In this document: one piece after another, positions 1 to 9,527 of the stretch
Layout of the letters: each line of letters starts with the position of its first letter
Numbering within the stretch: the first letter of the stretch is position 1
Assembly (NCBI GenBank): GCA_042565955.1
Contig: JBHORG010000003.1
Location: 33,328 to 97,327, forward strand
From: Thermoproteota archaeon
GTDB taxonomy: Archaea; Thermoproteota; Bathyarchaeia; Bathyarchaeales; Bathyarchaeaceae
Direction: 5' to 3'
Length of the DNA stretch: 64,000 nucleotides
Notes under the pieces: generated by a model
The model's database searches: none
What the model was told of the DNA's origin: nothing
Seen by the model: only the letters and a program-made list of their open reading frames with translations
Translations under genes and position numbers: made by a program

Positions 1-370
1 TTTCATGAAGCCGTTTTTGAAGTGAGAGATTCTGTTGAATCTGAGCTGTTTTCCTTAATACTCGCTTCTGATTGGGATTTGTTTCACACTCAACAAGTAC
101 AACCTGTAGATTAACATTACATGATAGTGTAGCTAGAATATCAGGACGATACGAATGCCACCATAACCGATTGAATGGTGATTCTAAGGGTTCATAATAA
201 ATTGTATACTTTTGGTTTTGAAGTTCTAGTCCAACCGTACACTTCAAGAATTTATGTATGCTCCCTTCCATTTTTCAGCCTTTTGTTAGTGTTCTTTGTT
301 TTCATGTTCGACTACTTTCTGAACATCATAACTTTCAAACAAACAGTTCCAGCTACAAACCCATGGACCA

Positions 371-565
371 TTAAGAGATTTTCTGTAAACCATTATTAAC
401 ACTATCCGTTTTTTCACAAGTGATCTTCAAAGGTTCAATCGAAAGTTTTCTTCCACAATCTGGGCATCTTCCATTTGTTTTTTTTCTAAGACGATAGATG
501 GGAATCATATCACTTCCCTCATAGAGGTTTTTTTCACATCCATGACATACAACGCTAAAACCCAA
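371..565 (-). CDS. small zinc-ribbon protein
   Basis: 64-aa ORF with CHGC and CPDCG cysteine pairs; no family recognised. Confidence 0.4.
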   Translation of the reverse strand: MGFSVVCHGCEKNLYEGSDMIPIYRLRKKTNGRCPDCGRKLSIEPLKITCEKTDSVNNGLQKIS

Positions 566-697
566 TACTTAACACCAAAAGTGAATCACAAAATTTGAAT
601 ATACTAATTAGGTTTGTTAGTAAAGAATTAGAGAAGAGAGCAAACCGAAACTAAAAAAATTGAATTGAAGTTTACGCATCATCAAGAAGTCTTATAG

Positions 698-985
698 TCA
701 CCGGGTCCATCTTTTCAAAAGAGGTAACTTCTTTTTTAGTTGGACTTTGGCTTGCTCAAGAGTTACATTCGGGTCTTTTTCTACCCATATTTCGGCGGAC
801 CTGTTTATCATTATCTCCAAAGTTGTATTGGGTTGGGTAAACTTTCCCTCTTTATAGCAGTGCATGCAATAGTCTTTGCTTTTTTCTCCATTAGCCTCAG
901 TTCCAACAAATTCAGATTGATTCAATGACATACAACAACTTTGACACTTTTGCTCATCGGTTTTCATTGATGTATCCTCATCCAA
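698..985 (-). CDS. zinc-ribbon domain protein
   Basis: 95-aa ORF with CQSCC and CMHC cysteine pairs followed by a helical C-terminal part. Confidence 0.5.
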   Translation of the reverse strand: MDEDTSMKTDEQKCQSCCMSLNQSEFVGTEANGEKSKDYCMHCYKEGKFTQPNTTLEIMINRSAEIWVEKDPNVTLEQAKVQLKKKLPLLKRWTR

Positions 986-1209
986 TATATTGACTACATA
1001 TCGGGGTTATATGACGTTTCAATTCTTATAACTTGTGGAACGCTGAAATCGTGAATGTGAAAAATGGATGTACCGTTTGGATTTGGGGTTAATTATTAAC
1101 CCTAAACAATCACTCCTCCGTTTATGTTACCGTTTTTCTCGAAACAAAACAAAAATTAGCGGGTAATTTGATATAATGCATTAGATGTTCTATTTGTGGG
1201 GAATTTCCT

Positions 1210-2253
1210 TTGAAATTGGTTGATGTTCTGGAGAAACTTTCGAACGCTAACGGAGTAACTGGAAGAGAGGACAACGTTCGAAACCTAATGAAAAAGTATC
1301 TGAAACCTTACGTTGACGAAATCAAAGAAGACAAGCTTGGAAATCTGATTGCCTTCAAGAAGGGAAAGAAGGATGCGCCGACAGTTATGATTGCAGCTCA
1401 CATGGACGAAGTTGGACTCATGATAAAAAACATAAAGAAAAAAGGATTTCTACAATTCACGAAGATCGGGGGTATTGATAACCGTATTCTCTTGGCACAA
1501 AAAGTCATCGTCCACACCGACAATGGACCTTTAATTGGGGTAATTGGATCAAAACCAGTTCACATACAGAAAGAAGAAGATCAAAAAAAAGTCATTGACG
1601 CTGATAAGCTCTTCATTGACATTGGAGCCAGAAATAAAGAAGAAGCTGAAAAGATGGGAGTTCAAGTTGGTGACGTTGTTAGTTTTGATACAACTTTTGC
1701 TCAACTAGGCAATAACGTTGTTTTAGGAAAAGCATTCGACAACCGTGTTGGATGTACCATAATGGTTGAAACTCTAAAGAGACTACAAAAAGTTGACAGT
1801 AACGTTTACGCTGTAGGAACAATACAGGAGGAAGTTGGTCTTCGAGGAGCAACAATAGCGGCCTTTCAGATCGAACCGGATATAGGTATCGCCGTAGATG
1901 CAAGTGTGGCTGGGGACATGCCTGGAGTGGGAGAAGGAGAAGCACCCGCTAAGATGGGGGAAGGACCTGTGTTAACGGTAGCAGATGCTGGATTGATTGC
2001 ACATCCCAAAGTGTTAAGATTGCTTATTGATTCGGCGAAACAAAACAAGATTCCTTATCAACTGGAAACTGGAATCAGAGGTGCCACGGACGCAGCTAGA
2101 ATCGCGTTAAGCAGGAATGGTGTGCCAAGCGGAGTACTGTCAATTCCTGTTCGTTATATTCATAGCCCAGCGGGGCTACTGAATCTTGATGATGTGGAGA
2201 AAGCTATCGAGCTTGCGATCGCAGCTATAAAGAATGTTCCAAAATATTTTTGA
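1210..2253 (+). CDS. M42 family metallo-aminopeptidase (TET/FrvX-like)
   Basis: 347 aa with a TTG start. N-terminal GVTGRE, AAHMDEVG and IQEEVGLRGA motifs are typical of M42 peptidases. Confidence 0.85.
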   Translation: MKLVDVLEKLSNANGVTGREDNVRNLMKKYLKPYVDEIKEDKLGNLIAFKKGKKDAPTVMIAAHMDEVGLMIKNIKKKGFLQFTKIGGIDNRILLAQKVIVHTDNGPLIGVIGSKPVHIQKEEDQKKVIDADKLFIDIGARNKEEAEKMGVQVGDVVSFDTTFAQLGNNVVLGKAFDNRVGCTIMVETLKRLQKVDSNVYAVGTIQEEVGLRGATIAAFQIEPDIGIAVDASVAGDMPGVGEGEAPAKMGEGPVLTVADAGLIAHPKVLRLLIDSAKQNKIPYQLETGIRGATDAARIALSRNGVPSGVLSIPVRYIHSPAGLLNLDDVEKAIELAIAAIKNVPKYF

Positions 2254-2268
2254 CTACAAAGCAATAAA

Positions 2269-2712
2269 TTGGATTTCAAGATGAAGAAACGTTTTAGGTT
2301 TTTGGAGCACACCGCCGATGCATACGTTGAGGCTTATGGTGCCACCTTGGAGGAGGCTTTCGAAAACGCGGCAGCTGCTATGACTGACGTTATGATCCAA
2401 TTGGAAACGGTCGACCCAACAAACGAAGAAAAATTTATTGTTAAAGCTCAAGATGAGCCTGCTCTTCTTTATAGTTGGCTTGAGGAACTACTTCTCAAGT
2501 TTGAGTTGAGCGGAAATCTTTACTCCCGTTTTGAGGTCTCTAGAATTGAAGAAACTTCTGAAGGGTTTAAGCTACGTGCGAAAGCGTGGGGAGAAAATTA
2601 TGACTCAAAGAAGCATCCTTCAAAGGTGGGAATAAAGGCTGCAACTTATCATCAAATGGAAATTCTAAAGGAACCAAAGTTCGTGACTTTGAGGTTTATT
2701 CTAGACATTTAG
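2269..2712 (+). CDS. archease
   Basis: FLEHTADAYVEAYG N-terminal signature and IKAATYH near the C-terminus; the start is possibly the ATG at 2281. Confidence 0.85.
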   Translation: MDFKMKKRFRFLEHTADAYVEAYGATLEEAFENAAAAMTDVMIQLETVDPTNEEKFIVKAQDEPALLYSWLEELLLKFELSGNLYSRFEVSRIEETSEGFKLRAKAWGENYDSKKHPSKVGIKAATYHQMEILKEPKFVTLRFILDI

Positions 2713-3430
2713 CAGCAGGCTCATAGTTTGTTTTAGTTTTTAGTATGGCACCCAAATCATTTCCAAGTCGTTGAAGTTCTTTCCAAATATTTTCTTGGTC
2801 TTCAACTCTGACACATTTATCAGCAGATGCTTTAGCATTTTTTCCGTGTAAAAAACTTACACTACTCATTTCACAATCGTCTCCCCGACCACATGTGAGG
2901 CATGGAACGTTTCCTCTAAGTTGTACCTGCCCAAAAATTTCCATTTTATCCATCTTAAGCTCATTTACTAACGTTCTGCTTACATGATCAACAGGCAAAG
3001 CCAGTCGCCTAATTACTCTAGATAGGCCTGTGAATCTTAAGAATGGGTTGTCTAGCAGTTTGGGAAAAACTCCAGATACAATAATAACAACTGGTTTGTC
3101 TCTGAGTAGATTGTTCACGTGACGCAAAGACCACAAACGTTCCAAAAAAGCCTTGGTGAAAGCGTCAAGAGAACTGTACGGGCTATACGCGCCAATCACC
3201 AAAGCGTCGGCCTCCAAAAGTTTCTTTGAAAGCCAATTGAAGTCGTCTTCTTGTTTACAAACATTGTCTTTTATACAGGATTTGCATGCTTTACATGGCC
3301 GAATGTGAAGATCGCTTAATTTTACAAAATCAGATTCTAATCCGCTCGCCTCTAATACAGCTCTTACTGCGCGGTCAGTATTGCTGTTGGGAATTGGACT
3401 CCCAGAAACACCTAAAATCCTTATACCCAT
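2696..3430 (-). CDS. iron-sulfur flavoprotein-like NADPH-dependent FMN reductase
   Basis: ILGVSGSPxxNSNT flavodoxin-like N-terminus and a compact CKACKSCIKDNVC cysteine cluster. Confidence 0.7.
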   Translation of the reverse strand: MGIRILGVSGSPIPNSNTDRAVRAVLEASGLESDFVKLSDLHIRPCKACKSCIKDNVCKQEDDFNWLSKKLLEADALVIGAYSPYSSLDAFTKAFLERLWSLRHVNNLLRDKPVVIIVSGVFPKLLDNPFLRFTGLSRVIRRLALPVDHVSRTLVNELKMDKMEIFGQVQLRGNVPCLTCGRGDDCEMSSVSFLHGKNAKASADKCVRVEDQENIWKELQRLGNDLGAILKTKTNYEPAAKCLE

Positions 3431-3557
3431 ATGTTTTTTCCTTCACCAAAATGTTACTTATTTCTTACAGATACAGTTTTTCATCAAACACTAATATCCA
3501 TGTAAGAGGTGTTTGGAGTAAAAACTTATAGAGCGCCAGTCATGAATCAGTTTGGTT

Positions 3558-3644
3558 GGAGGGATGGCAGAGCGGATAACGCGCAGGCCTTGAAAGCCTG
3601 TGACCCCCTGGGTCGCGTGGGTTCGAATCCCACTCCCTCCGCCA
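3558..3644 (+). tRNA. tRNA-Ser (UGA), CCA encoded
   Basis: Acceptor GGAGGGA/TCCCTCC, anticodon arm CAGGC-CTTGAAA-GCCTG, long variable arm GACCC-CCT-GGGTC and T arm GTGGG-TTCGAAT-CCCAC. Confidence 0.85.
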
Positions 3645-3939
3645 CAATTTCTTTATTCGTATCTTAATACGTCCACTGGTTATAGTTTTGATACCCACCA
3701 TGTAAATTGATTAGAATTTATAAGATGGGGGGAACAGAAGAGAATTTGTTCCTCTCGCGGCAATGTTACTTTAGATATCATTTTTTGACTCCGATTTGTT
3801 AGCTGTTCCTCTATAACCTAGCTTTTTGAGGGCATATTTGCGTATTTTTGTATAAAATTGACCGAAAGCTTCAGAAACTTCTTCCCCAAACTTATATACA
3901 ACAATAAAAAAAAGGAACTGGGTTGGAGAAGGAACCTTC

Positions 3940-4602
3940 GTGAATTCTGATGTCTTGACGGTTTTAATCGCACTCGGAGCAGTCATTGTAGCTTTGATAA
4001 CGTTCTATATTATGAGACGCGGAAAGGAAAATACTCCTGAAGAGTTACCTAAAATTCCCGAAGCTTCTTCGGTATTGCCTCTGAAAGGAGATCGAACCGT
4101 TACATCTTTTGACGCCCAGAAATCAAAAAAGGAACTTAGGGTACTAGATATCGAAAGAGAAATTCTTAGTTATGGTATTAGACGGTTATATGAAGCTCAG
4201 GCTGAAGGAAAACTAACCGACAAAGAGAGAGAACAGCTGGCTGTAGGTTACAAGGAGAGAATGCTTGAAATAAAAGACTCCATAAACGAAAACGAGTCGG
4301 TTGTAGCTCTCCATGAACTGGAATCCATGCAAGATAATCTTATCAAACTTTTCAATGACCGCTTCGATGAAATAAACAAGAAAATAGGAGGATTGCGGGT
4401 GAACCTAGACCTAAAACCAAAACCCAAGACCCCTAAACCTGTATCAGCTGCACCATCCTATTCTCGAACTGAAAAAGCCATGAAGAAACCAAGAAAGCCC
4501 TCAAAACCAAAGAAAACTGAAGCTGAAGAAAGAATTGATCAGATCAGATCTGAAGTAGAACAAGTTTTGGAACGGCTTGGACAAATGGAAACTGAGGCAT
4601 AA
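3940..4602 (+). CDS. membrane-anchored coiled-coil protein, function unknown
   Basis: GTG start, N-terminal TM helix, charged helical middle and a Lys/Pro-rich segment. Confidence 0.5.
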   Translation: MNSDVLTVLIALGAVIVALITFYIMRRGKENTPEELPKIPEASSVLPLKGDRTVTSFDAQKSKKELRVLDIEREILSYGIRRLYEAQAEGKLTDKEREQLAVGYKERMLEIKDSINENESVVALHELESMQDNLIKLFNDRFDEINKKIGGLRVNLDLKPKPKTPKPVSAAPSYSRTEKAMKKPRKPSKPKKTEAEERIDQIRSEVEQVLERLGQMETEA

Positions 4603-4606
4603 ACAG

Positions 4607-5296
4607 ATGATATGGCGAGAAAAGGCAAAAAAAAAGGTAGCCTTAGAAGCAGTTAAACACGTAAAAGATAATTTCATTGTTGGCTTAGGTAGTGGTAGCA
4701 CAGCAGCCTATGCAATTCAAGAGATAGGGCGGTTAATACAACAGGATAACTTAAGGATTCTCGCAGTTCCATCATCAAGTCAAGCAAAGTATTTAGCAGT
4801 GCAATATGGAGTTCCCTTAACAACATTGGATGAACACCACATTATTGACTTAACAATAGATGGAGCCGATGAAGTTGACAATAAATTTGACATGATAAAA
4901 GGTGGGGGCGGAGCATTAACAAGAGAAAAAATTATCGCCTCAGCAGCCAAACAAGTTGTCATCATCGCAGACGAAACAAAACTAGTAAAAAAACTAGGAA
5001 CAACCTTTCGGGTTCCAGTGGAAGTTTTGCCATTTGGCTTGGCAACAGCTATGGTGAGCATAAAGAAACTGGGCGGAAATCCCCTATTACGGGAGGGAAA
5101 AGGAAAAGTTGGTGCAGTTGTGACAGACAACGGCAACTACATTGTTGACGTTGATTTCGGTCCCATAGATAATGCCGAAAAACTGAATCAGCAGATAAAA
5201 CTTATCCCCGGTGTAATCGAAACTGGGCTCTTCATCGGACTAGCAAACATAGTTTACTTAGGTAAATCCGAAGGAATAATTAGACTAAAAAAGTGA
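4607..5296 (+). CDS. rpiA: ribose-5-phosphate isomerase A
   Basis: GLGSGSTAAY, DGADEVD and KGGGGALTREK motifs. The ATG at 4607 follows the upstream stop at 4600-4602. Confidence 0.85.
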   Translation: MIWREKAKKKVALEAVKHVKDNFIVGLGSGSTAAYAIQEIGRLIQQDNLRILAVPSSSQAKYLAVQYGVPLTTLDEHHIIDLTIDGADEVDNKFDMIKGGGGALTREKIIASAAKQVVIIADETKLVKKLGTTFRVPVEVLPFGLATAMVSIKKLGGNPLLREGKGKVGAVVTDNGNYIVDVDFGPIDNAEKLNQQIKLIPGVIETGLFIGLANIVYLGKSEGIIRLKK

Positions 5297-5471
5297 AATC
5301 TAATTTCTGATACTTTAATCCGTATCTATACAATCAATGTGGCTACAAAACGAATCAACAAATTCCAGAATGCCCAACATAACTAATATTCCTATAATAG
5401 TACTCCATTGGTAAAAACAACTATTTTTCTGAAAAATAAAGAAGCATTAACACTATTCTATAACTGTAAGG

Positions 5472-5563
5472 TGGTGCGGCCGCCGGGATTTGAACCCGGG
5501 ATTGCAGGCTTGGAAGGCTTCCACCGGATATGTCTGTGTCCTACCAGGCTAGACCACAACCGC
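5472..5563 (-). tRNA. tRNA-Gly (UCC) with ~15-nt intron, CCA encoded
   Basis: Reverse complement gives acceptor GCGGTTG/CGGCCGC and T arm CCGGG-TTCAAAT-CCCGG. An anticodon arm CAGGC-CTTCCAA-GCCTG forms only after removing ACATATCCGGTGGAA from inside the 5' stem strand. Confidence 0.7.
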
Positions 5564-5659
5564 ACATGCAAATGAATTGCAATTTAAGACAGTGAACGTC
5601 TTTTATGAATACTCTCTCTATTAAATAACTTTCCAAAAAATCAGATCACTCGAAAGAGG

Positions 5660-5748
5660 TGCGGCCGCCGGGATTTGAACCCGGCTCGTCAGCGTTCCGC
5701 CCTTTTGGGTTGGCAGGCTGATGTCCTTCCAAACTAGACTACGACCGC
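5660..5748 (-). tRNA. tRNA-Gly (GCC) with ~16-nt intron
   Basis: Acceptor GCGGTCG/CGGCCGC. Anticodon stem TCAGC/GCTGA encloses CTGCCA plus a 16-nt insert at or near position 37/38. The T arm is identical to the neighbouring tRNA-Gly. Confidence 0.8.
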
Positions 5749-6134
5749 TTAGGACTGTTTCAAGGTAACTTAGTGCATTTATTTCTTTTCGTAAAAAAGA
5801 AGCTTTCTGTCCCTTTTCTAGTCTACCCGTCAGGGAGAGACTCTGGAATTTTGTGTGTACAACAATACAGACCTTACAGGAGTTTTGATGTCCAAACAAT
5901 AAACTGGGGAATTAGACGCCATAGACAGAACAGAAATATGTTCTCTCTTTGAGCAATTAGAAAAACTTCATATACCTTACACGTTAGCTGTCGAAATAAC
6001 CTGTGACTGCCACGGGATTCTTAAGCTCTCCAAAGTAACAAATAAAAGAACGTGATACCCGCTTATGATGTCTTTTTCACATCTTTTCATGGGTTTCCTA
6101 AAATAACAATTTACTAGAATACTACTGTACATAT

Positions 6135-7127
6135 TTGGGAGGGCAACAACCAGTATTGAATCCAAAAAAAGTGGCGATAATCGTTCTTCTAGCTCTTCTT
6201 TTGTCAACGGCTTTTACAATTCTAAATACAACTTTGGCTCAAACAAATGATCCCCAGAAACAAAAAGCTCAAGCTCTCATGGGCTTTCTAGAGAACAGCA
6301 ACATGAGCATAGTGGTGGCTCTCAATAGATTCGATTCACAGAACATTACAGTGCCATCCGCTGAAACAGCATATAATGAAGGACTTGTACACGCCAAATC
6401 GGCTATTAACCTCTTGAACGAAGAAAAGTTCAGTGAAGCATGCAATGAAGCCGTTGAAGCAATGCAAAAATTCGAAAATGCCTTAAAAATACTAGAATTT
6501 GCCTCTTCAGTGGAACCAACCCCAACAGAGATAACTGCTGAAGAAGCAATCACTTTAAAAGCAAAGATAATTCGAACAATCGAACACTTCGAAAGGTTAG
6601 AAAATTTGACCACACAAGCTTCGAAGGTTGGATACAACACACTAACAATCGAGAAACAACTTAGACAAGTTAAACAACATCTAGAAAATGCGACAGAAAA
6701 ACTATATTCTCTAAACATAGAGGGCGCAGCTGAGGAGCTTTTCATAGCCAAAACATTACTTGATGAATTAACAGAACCCTTTGCCCGGTTAACCAATCTT
6801 GTTAAAGCATCAAATTCTGAGAAGTATCTACAAGAAGCCGAAATCAGAGTCTCCGAAGCTAAGTTAAACATAACACTTTCTGCAACCTTAACACAAGATG
6901 TTAAAAAAGATGCAATAACTGCTCTGAACAATTCGGAAATATACTTAGCAAACGCTAGAGACTTCATAGAAGTCAGCAATGTTGACGAGGCAATTGGAGA
7001 ACTCGAAGAAGCCAAAAAATGGGAAGAAGAATCCAACCGTGCCATAACAGCGGTAACCGATACTCCAAGTTCAGTTGAACCAACAACTGAAAGCATTATT
7101 AAACCAGAAATCTCAACATCGAAGTAG
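6135..7127 (+). CDS. secreted or anchored alpha-helical protein, function unknown
   Basis: Signal/anchor segment followed by a long helical Glu/Lys/Ala-rich sequence; TTG start. Confidence 0.5.
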   Translation: MGGQQPVLNPKKVAIIVLLALLLSTAFTILNTTLAQTNDPQKQKAQALMGFLENSNMSIVVALNRFDSQNITVPSAETAYNEGLVHAKSAINLLNEEKFSEACNEAVEAMQKFENALKILEFASSVEPTPTEITAEEAITLKAKIIRTIEHFERLENLTTQASKVGYNTLTIEKQLRQVKQHLENATEKLYSLNIEGAAEELFIAKTLLDELTEPFARLTNLVKASNSEKYLQEAEIRVSEAKLNITLSATLTQDVKKDAITALNNSEIYLANARDFIEVSNVDEAIGELEEAKKWEEESNRAITAVTDTPSSVEPTTESIIKPEISTSK

Positions 7128-7208
7128 TGGTGCCTTAGTCCTGAATCTACAGTACACAAAAGTTTTAGGCATAAACTTTAAACCTTTTGCTAGAGAAGTG
7201 AAAGCCCA

Positions 7209-8504
7209 TTGAGTAAAAAACGGGCATCCGCCTATCTTACATTCACTTTAATTCTTCTGTTGACACTGACTTCTCAGCAATCATTTTCGGAAGAGACAAC
7301 AGCCGAAACCTTAGTTTTGACAGTTTATACTGACGGTTTTGTGTTTGTTGACTTTTCCATTCTGGTTGACCAAACCTTTCCTACACAGAACATTACAGTT
7401 TTTGGTCAAGTTCTCGAAGACCTTCTTGTTGTCGATAAGGACGGCTTACCCTTAGATTACTCACTAAACAACTCTATACTTAGTGTTTTCAGCCTTGGCA
7501 CCGACGAAACCATCATTACATATCAAACTCAAGACCTCACTTCAAAAGAGGGAAGATACTGGACTCTGACACTTATTGCTCCAATAAATATGCGAATAAT
7601 TTTACCCGAAGAAACCGCAATCATAAGCCTAAACAAAGTGCCAGAAATGATAGAAACAAACAACAATAAAGTAACGCTTCTCATGACTTCTGGTGTAATC
7701 GAAGTAACCTATGTAGTAGGCATCATAGGAACTCAAGTGCACGCGCAAATAGTTCTAGATGACGCTGAAGCTTCTATCATGGAAATCAAGAATTTGGGCA
7801 TCATCGTAACTGAAGCTGAGACAAAACTTCAGGACGCAGAGGACGCTTTTTCTCTTGGAAATTATGCAGAAGCTGAAACTTTGGGAAATTATGTAAAAAA
7901 CTTGGTGATTCAAATTAATCAAACAGCAACTCAAGCCCAGTCCCAAATAATTGAGGCTGAAATCATAATAGCCAATGCCGAAAATGAGGGAAGAACCGAT
8001 GGATTAAATGATGCCAAAGACCTTTTTGATCAGGCTAAACACAATTTTGATCTTGGAGCCTATTTGGAAGCGTTGAGTTTGGCGACTCAGGCATTTTCTA
8101 AAGCTGAAGAATCTAGAATTTCTGTGTCTGATCAACCTGAAAATCTCCTAACACTTGAATTTTTTGGAGTAATGATGATTTCGGCCATCGTTATTTTAGG
8201 CTTCTTTTTTGGTCGGTCAAGAAAGAAACCTAAAGCTGAAGGGAAAAAGAAGAAGCGACTAATAGACTCCGAGCGAATATTTAGAGAACATAAGAATTTG
8301 ATGCCTGAAGAAAAACAAGCGATTCAATTTCTGGTAGACAACAATGGCGAAGCTTTCGAGGCGGAACTCTATGACTACGTTAAGCTTCCGAGAACAACCA
8401 CATGGAGAATGGTAAAACGGCTAAAAGGAATGAACATTATATCCGTGACTAAATTCAGAAGACAAAATCTGGTACGCCTCAAAAACAAATACAATATCAA
8501 ATAA
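7209..8504 (+). CDS. membrane-tethered winged-helix DNA-binding protein
   Basis: Signal peptide, ~300-aa extracytoplasmic part, one TM (FFGVMMISAIVILGFFFG), Lys-rich linker and a C-terminal wHTH-like segment LPRTTTWRMVKRLKGMNIISV. Confidence 0.6.
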   Translation: MSKKRASAYLTFTLILLLTLTSQQSFSEETTAETLVLTVYTDGFVFVDFSILVDQTFPTQNITVFGQVLEDLLVVDKDGLPLDYSLNNSILSVFSLGTDETIITYQTQDLTSKEGRYWTLTLIAPINMRIILPEETAIISLNKVPEMIETNNNKVTLLMTSGVIEVTYVVGIIGTQVHAQIVLDDAEASIMEIKNLGIIVTEAETKLQDAEDAFSLGNYAEAETLGNYVKNLVIQINQTATQAQSQIIEAEIIIANAENEGRTDGLNDAKDLFDQAKHNFDLGAYLEALSLATQAFSKAEESRISVSDQPENLLTLEFFGVMMISAIVILGFFFGRSRKKPKAEGKKKKRLIDSERIFREHKNLMPEEKQAIQFLVDNNGEAFEAELYDYVKLPRTTTWRMVKRLKGMNIISVTKFRRQNLVRLKNKYNIK

Positions 8505-8596
8505 TTGTTCTCTTCTGAAAACTGTTTGCATTGTTTTGAAATTGCCTTTTCGGATCTTTCCATGGATTTCCTAAAGTTATTCCACGATAATTCTTT

Positions 8597-9220
8597 TTGA
8601 CGAGGCTTGAAAAAATGCAAAAGAAAATTGGTATTTCAATAGTTGTGGTGACATTACTTCTCATGGGAGTAATGGCAACTTCAGTATTAGCATTAGACCT
8701 AACATCTGCAAAGAATATCGTTGTTTCAAAAGAGCTAGAAGCAACCGCAACATCAGTGACACCTGAAAGACTTGTATCTGTAAAACCTTACGACTCTTTA
8801 GCATCCGAAACTACTGACGAAGTTTCAATTTACCCAATTCCTGTCGAAATTGGGAGTATACCAGAAGTCAATCAACAGAACCTACGGGATGCTGTGCCAA
8901 ATACCTACGAAGAAGCTGAAACAAGAGTATCAACACTGAGAACTAGATTCCTATTGTATACTCATGATGGTACACACATCATGTGGGGTGTTGTTGGAAA
9001 TAACTACTTCGTAGGCTCAGACAACCTCGGTAAACGATGCTGGGGAATATACGGTAACGGCGTCTTTGCGGGATTCTATGACGGCGAATTCTTCTGGGGT
9101 AACTATCGGGGCGGCAACTGGAAAGCTGAAGGACTCTTCGGACAAAACTATGCGCACGGAAAATACATACTATTTCCAACAGCGGAGATAGCACCAGCAT
9201 TAACGACAGCTGACCCATAA
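8597..9220 (+). CDS. secreted protein, function unknown
   Basis: Signal peptide and a Gly/aromatic-rich C-terminal region; the start may be the ATG at 8615. Confidence 0.45.
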   Translation: MTRLEKMQKKIGISIVVVTLLLMGVMATSVLALDLTSAKNIVVSKELEATATSVTPERLVSVKPYDSLASETTDEVSIYPIPVEIGSIPEVNQQNLRDAVPNTYEEAETRVSTLRTRFLLYTHDGTHIMWGVVGNNYFVGSDNLGKRCWGIYGNGVFAGFYDGEFFWGNYRGGNWKAEGLFGQNYAHGKYILFPTAEIAPALTTADP

Positions 9221-9527
9221 ATACAACCAGTCACCACCCTCTCCCCCTTTTTTCTAAAACCGAAGTTTACCATTAAGTTATCTTCGTTATTGATGAAGGT
9301 AAAACTGTTAATGTAGGTTTTTTGTTTCAAAAGAAACTACCACGCTTAACTCGTACTTGCATTAATGAATAGGATTTCATGTTTAGAGCGCTTTTACAAG
9401 AGAAAATTGAATATTTTATGTTGATTTTGTTCTTTCATTGAAAAATTTTATAAGGCACCCCACCTAATTGGCAAAAGGTTGCCGTATACCGTTATTGTAT
9501 GTGGCAAAGAATTGGAGATGAAACTAA

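Noticed and set aside
1-262. Minus-strand open frame running off the left edge (…WWHSYRPDILATLSCNVNLQVVLVECETNPNQKRVLRK…) with a PD-(D/E)xK-nuclease-like D…E-x-E pattern
   Set aside because: There is no ATG, GTG or TTG in frame after the upstream stop at about 262, and the gene continues outside the window. It is too incomplete to call.
175-399. Listed + strand ORF of 74 aa
   Set aside because: Low-complexity hydrophobic translation that overlaps the more protein-like minus-strand frame and the zinc-ribbon ORF; likely spurious.
5621-5899. Listed 92-aa minus-strand ORF
   Set aside because: It overlaps the tRNA-Gly(GCC) gene on the same strand, so it is an artefact.
6269-7159. Listed 296-aa antisense ORF. 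Similar long antisense ORFs occur at 4780-5136, 20603-20968, 38222-38774, 46759-47229, 49583-49945 and 56793-57197
   Set aside because: These are shadow ORFs opposite well-supported genes, with Ser/Cys/Leu-rich translations and no recognisable motifs.
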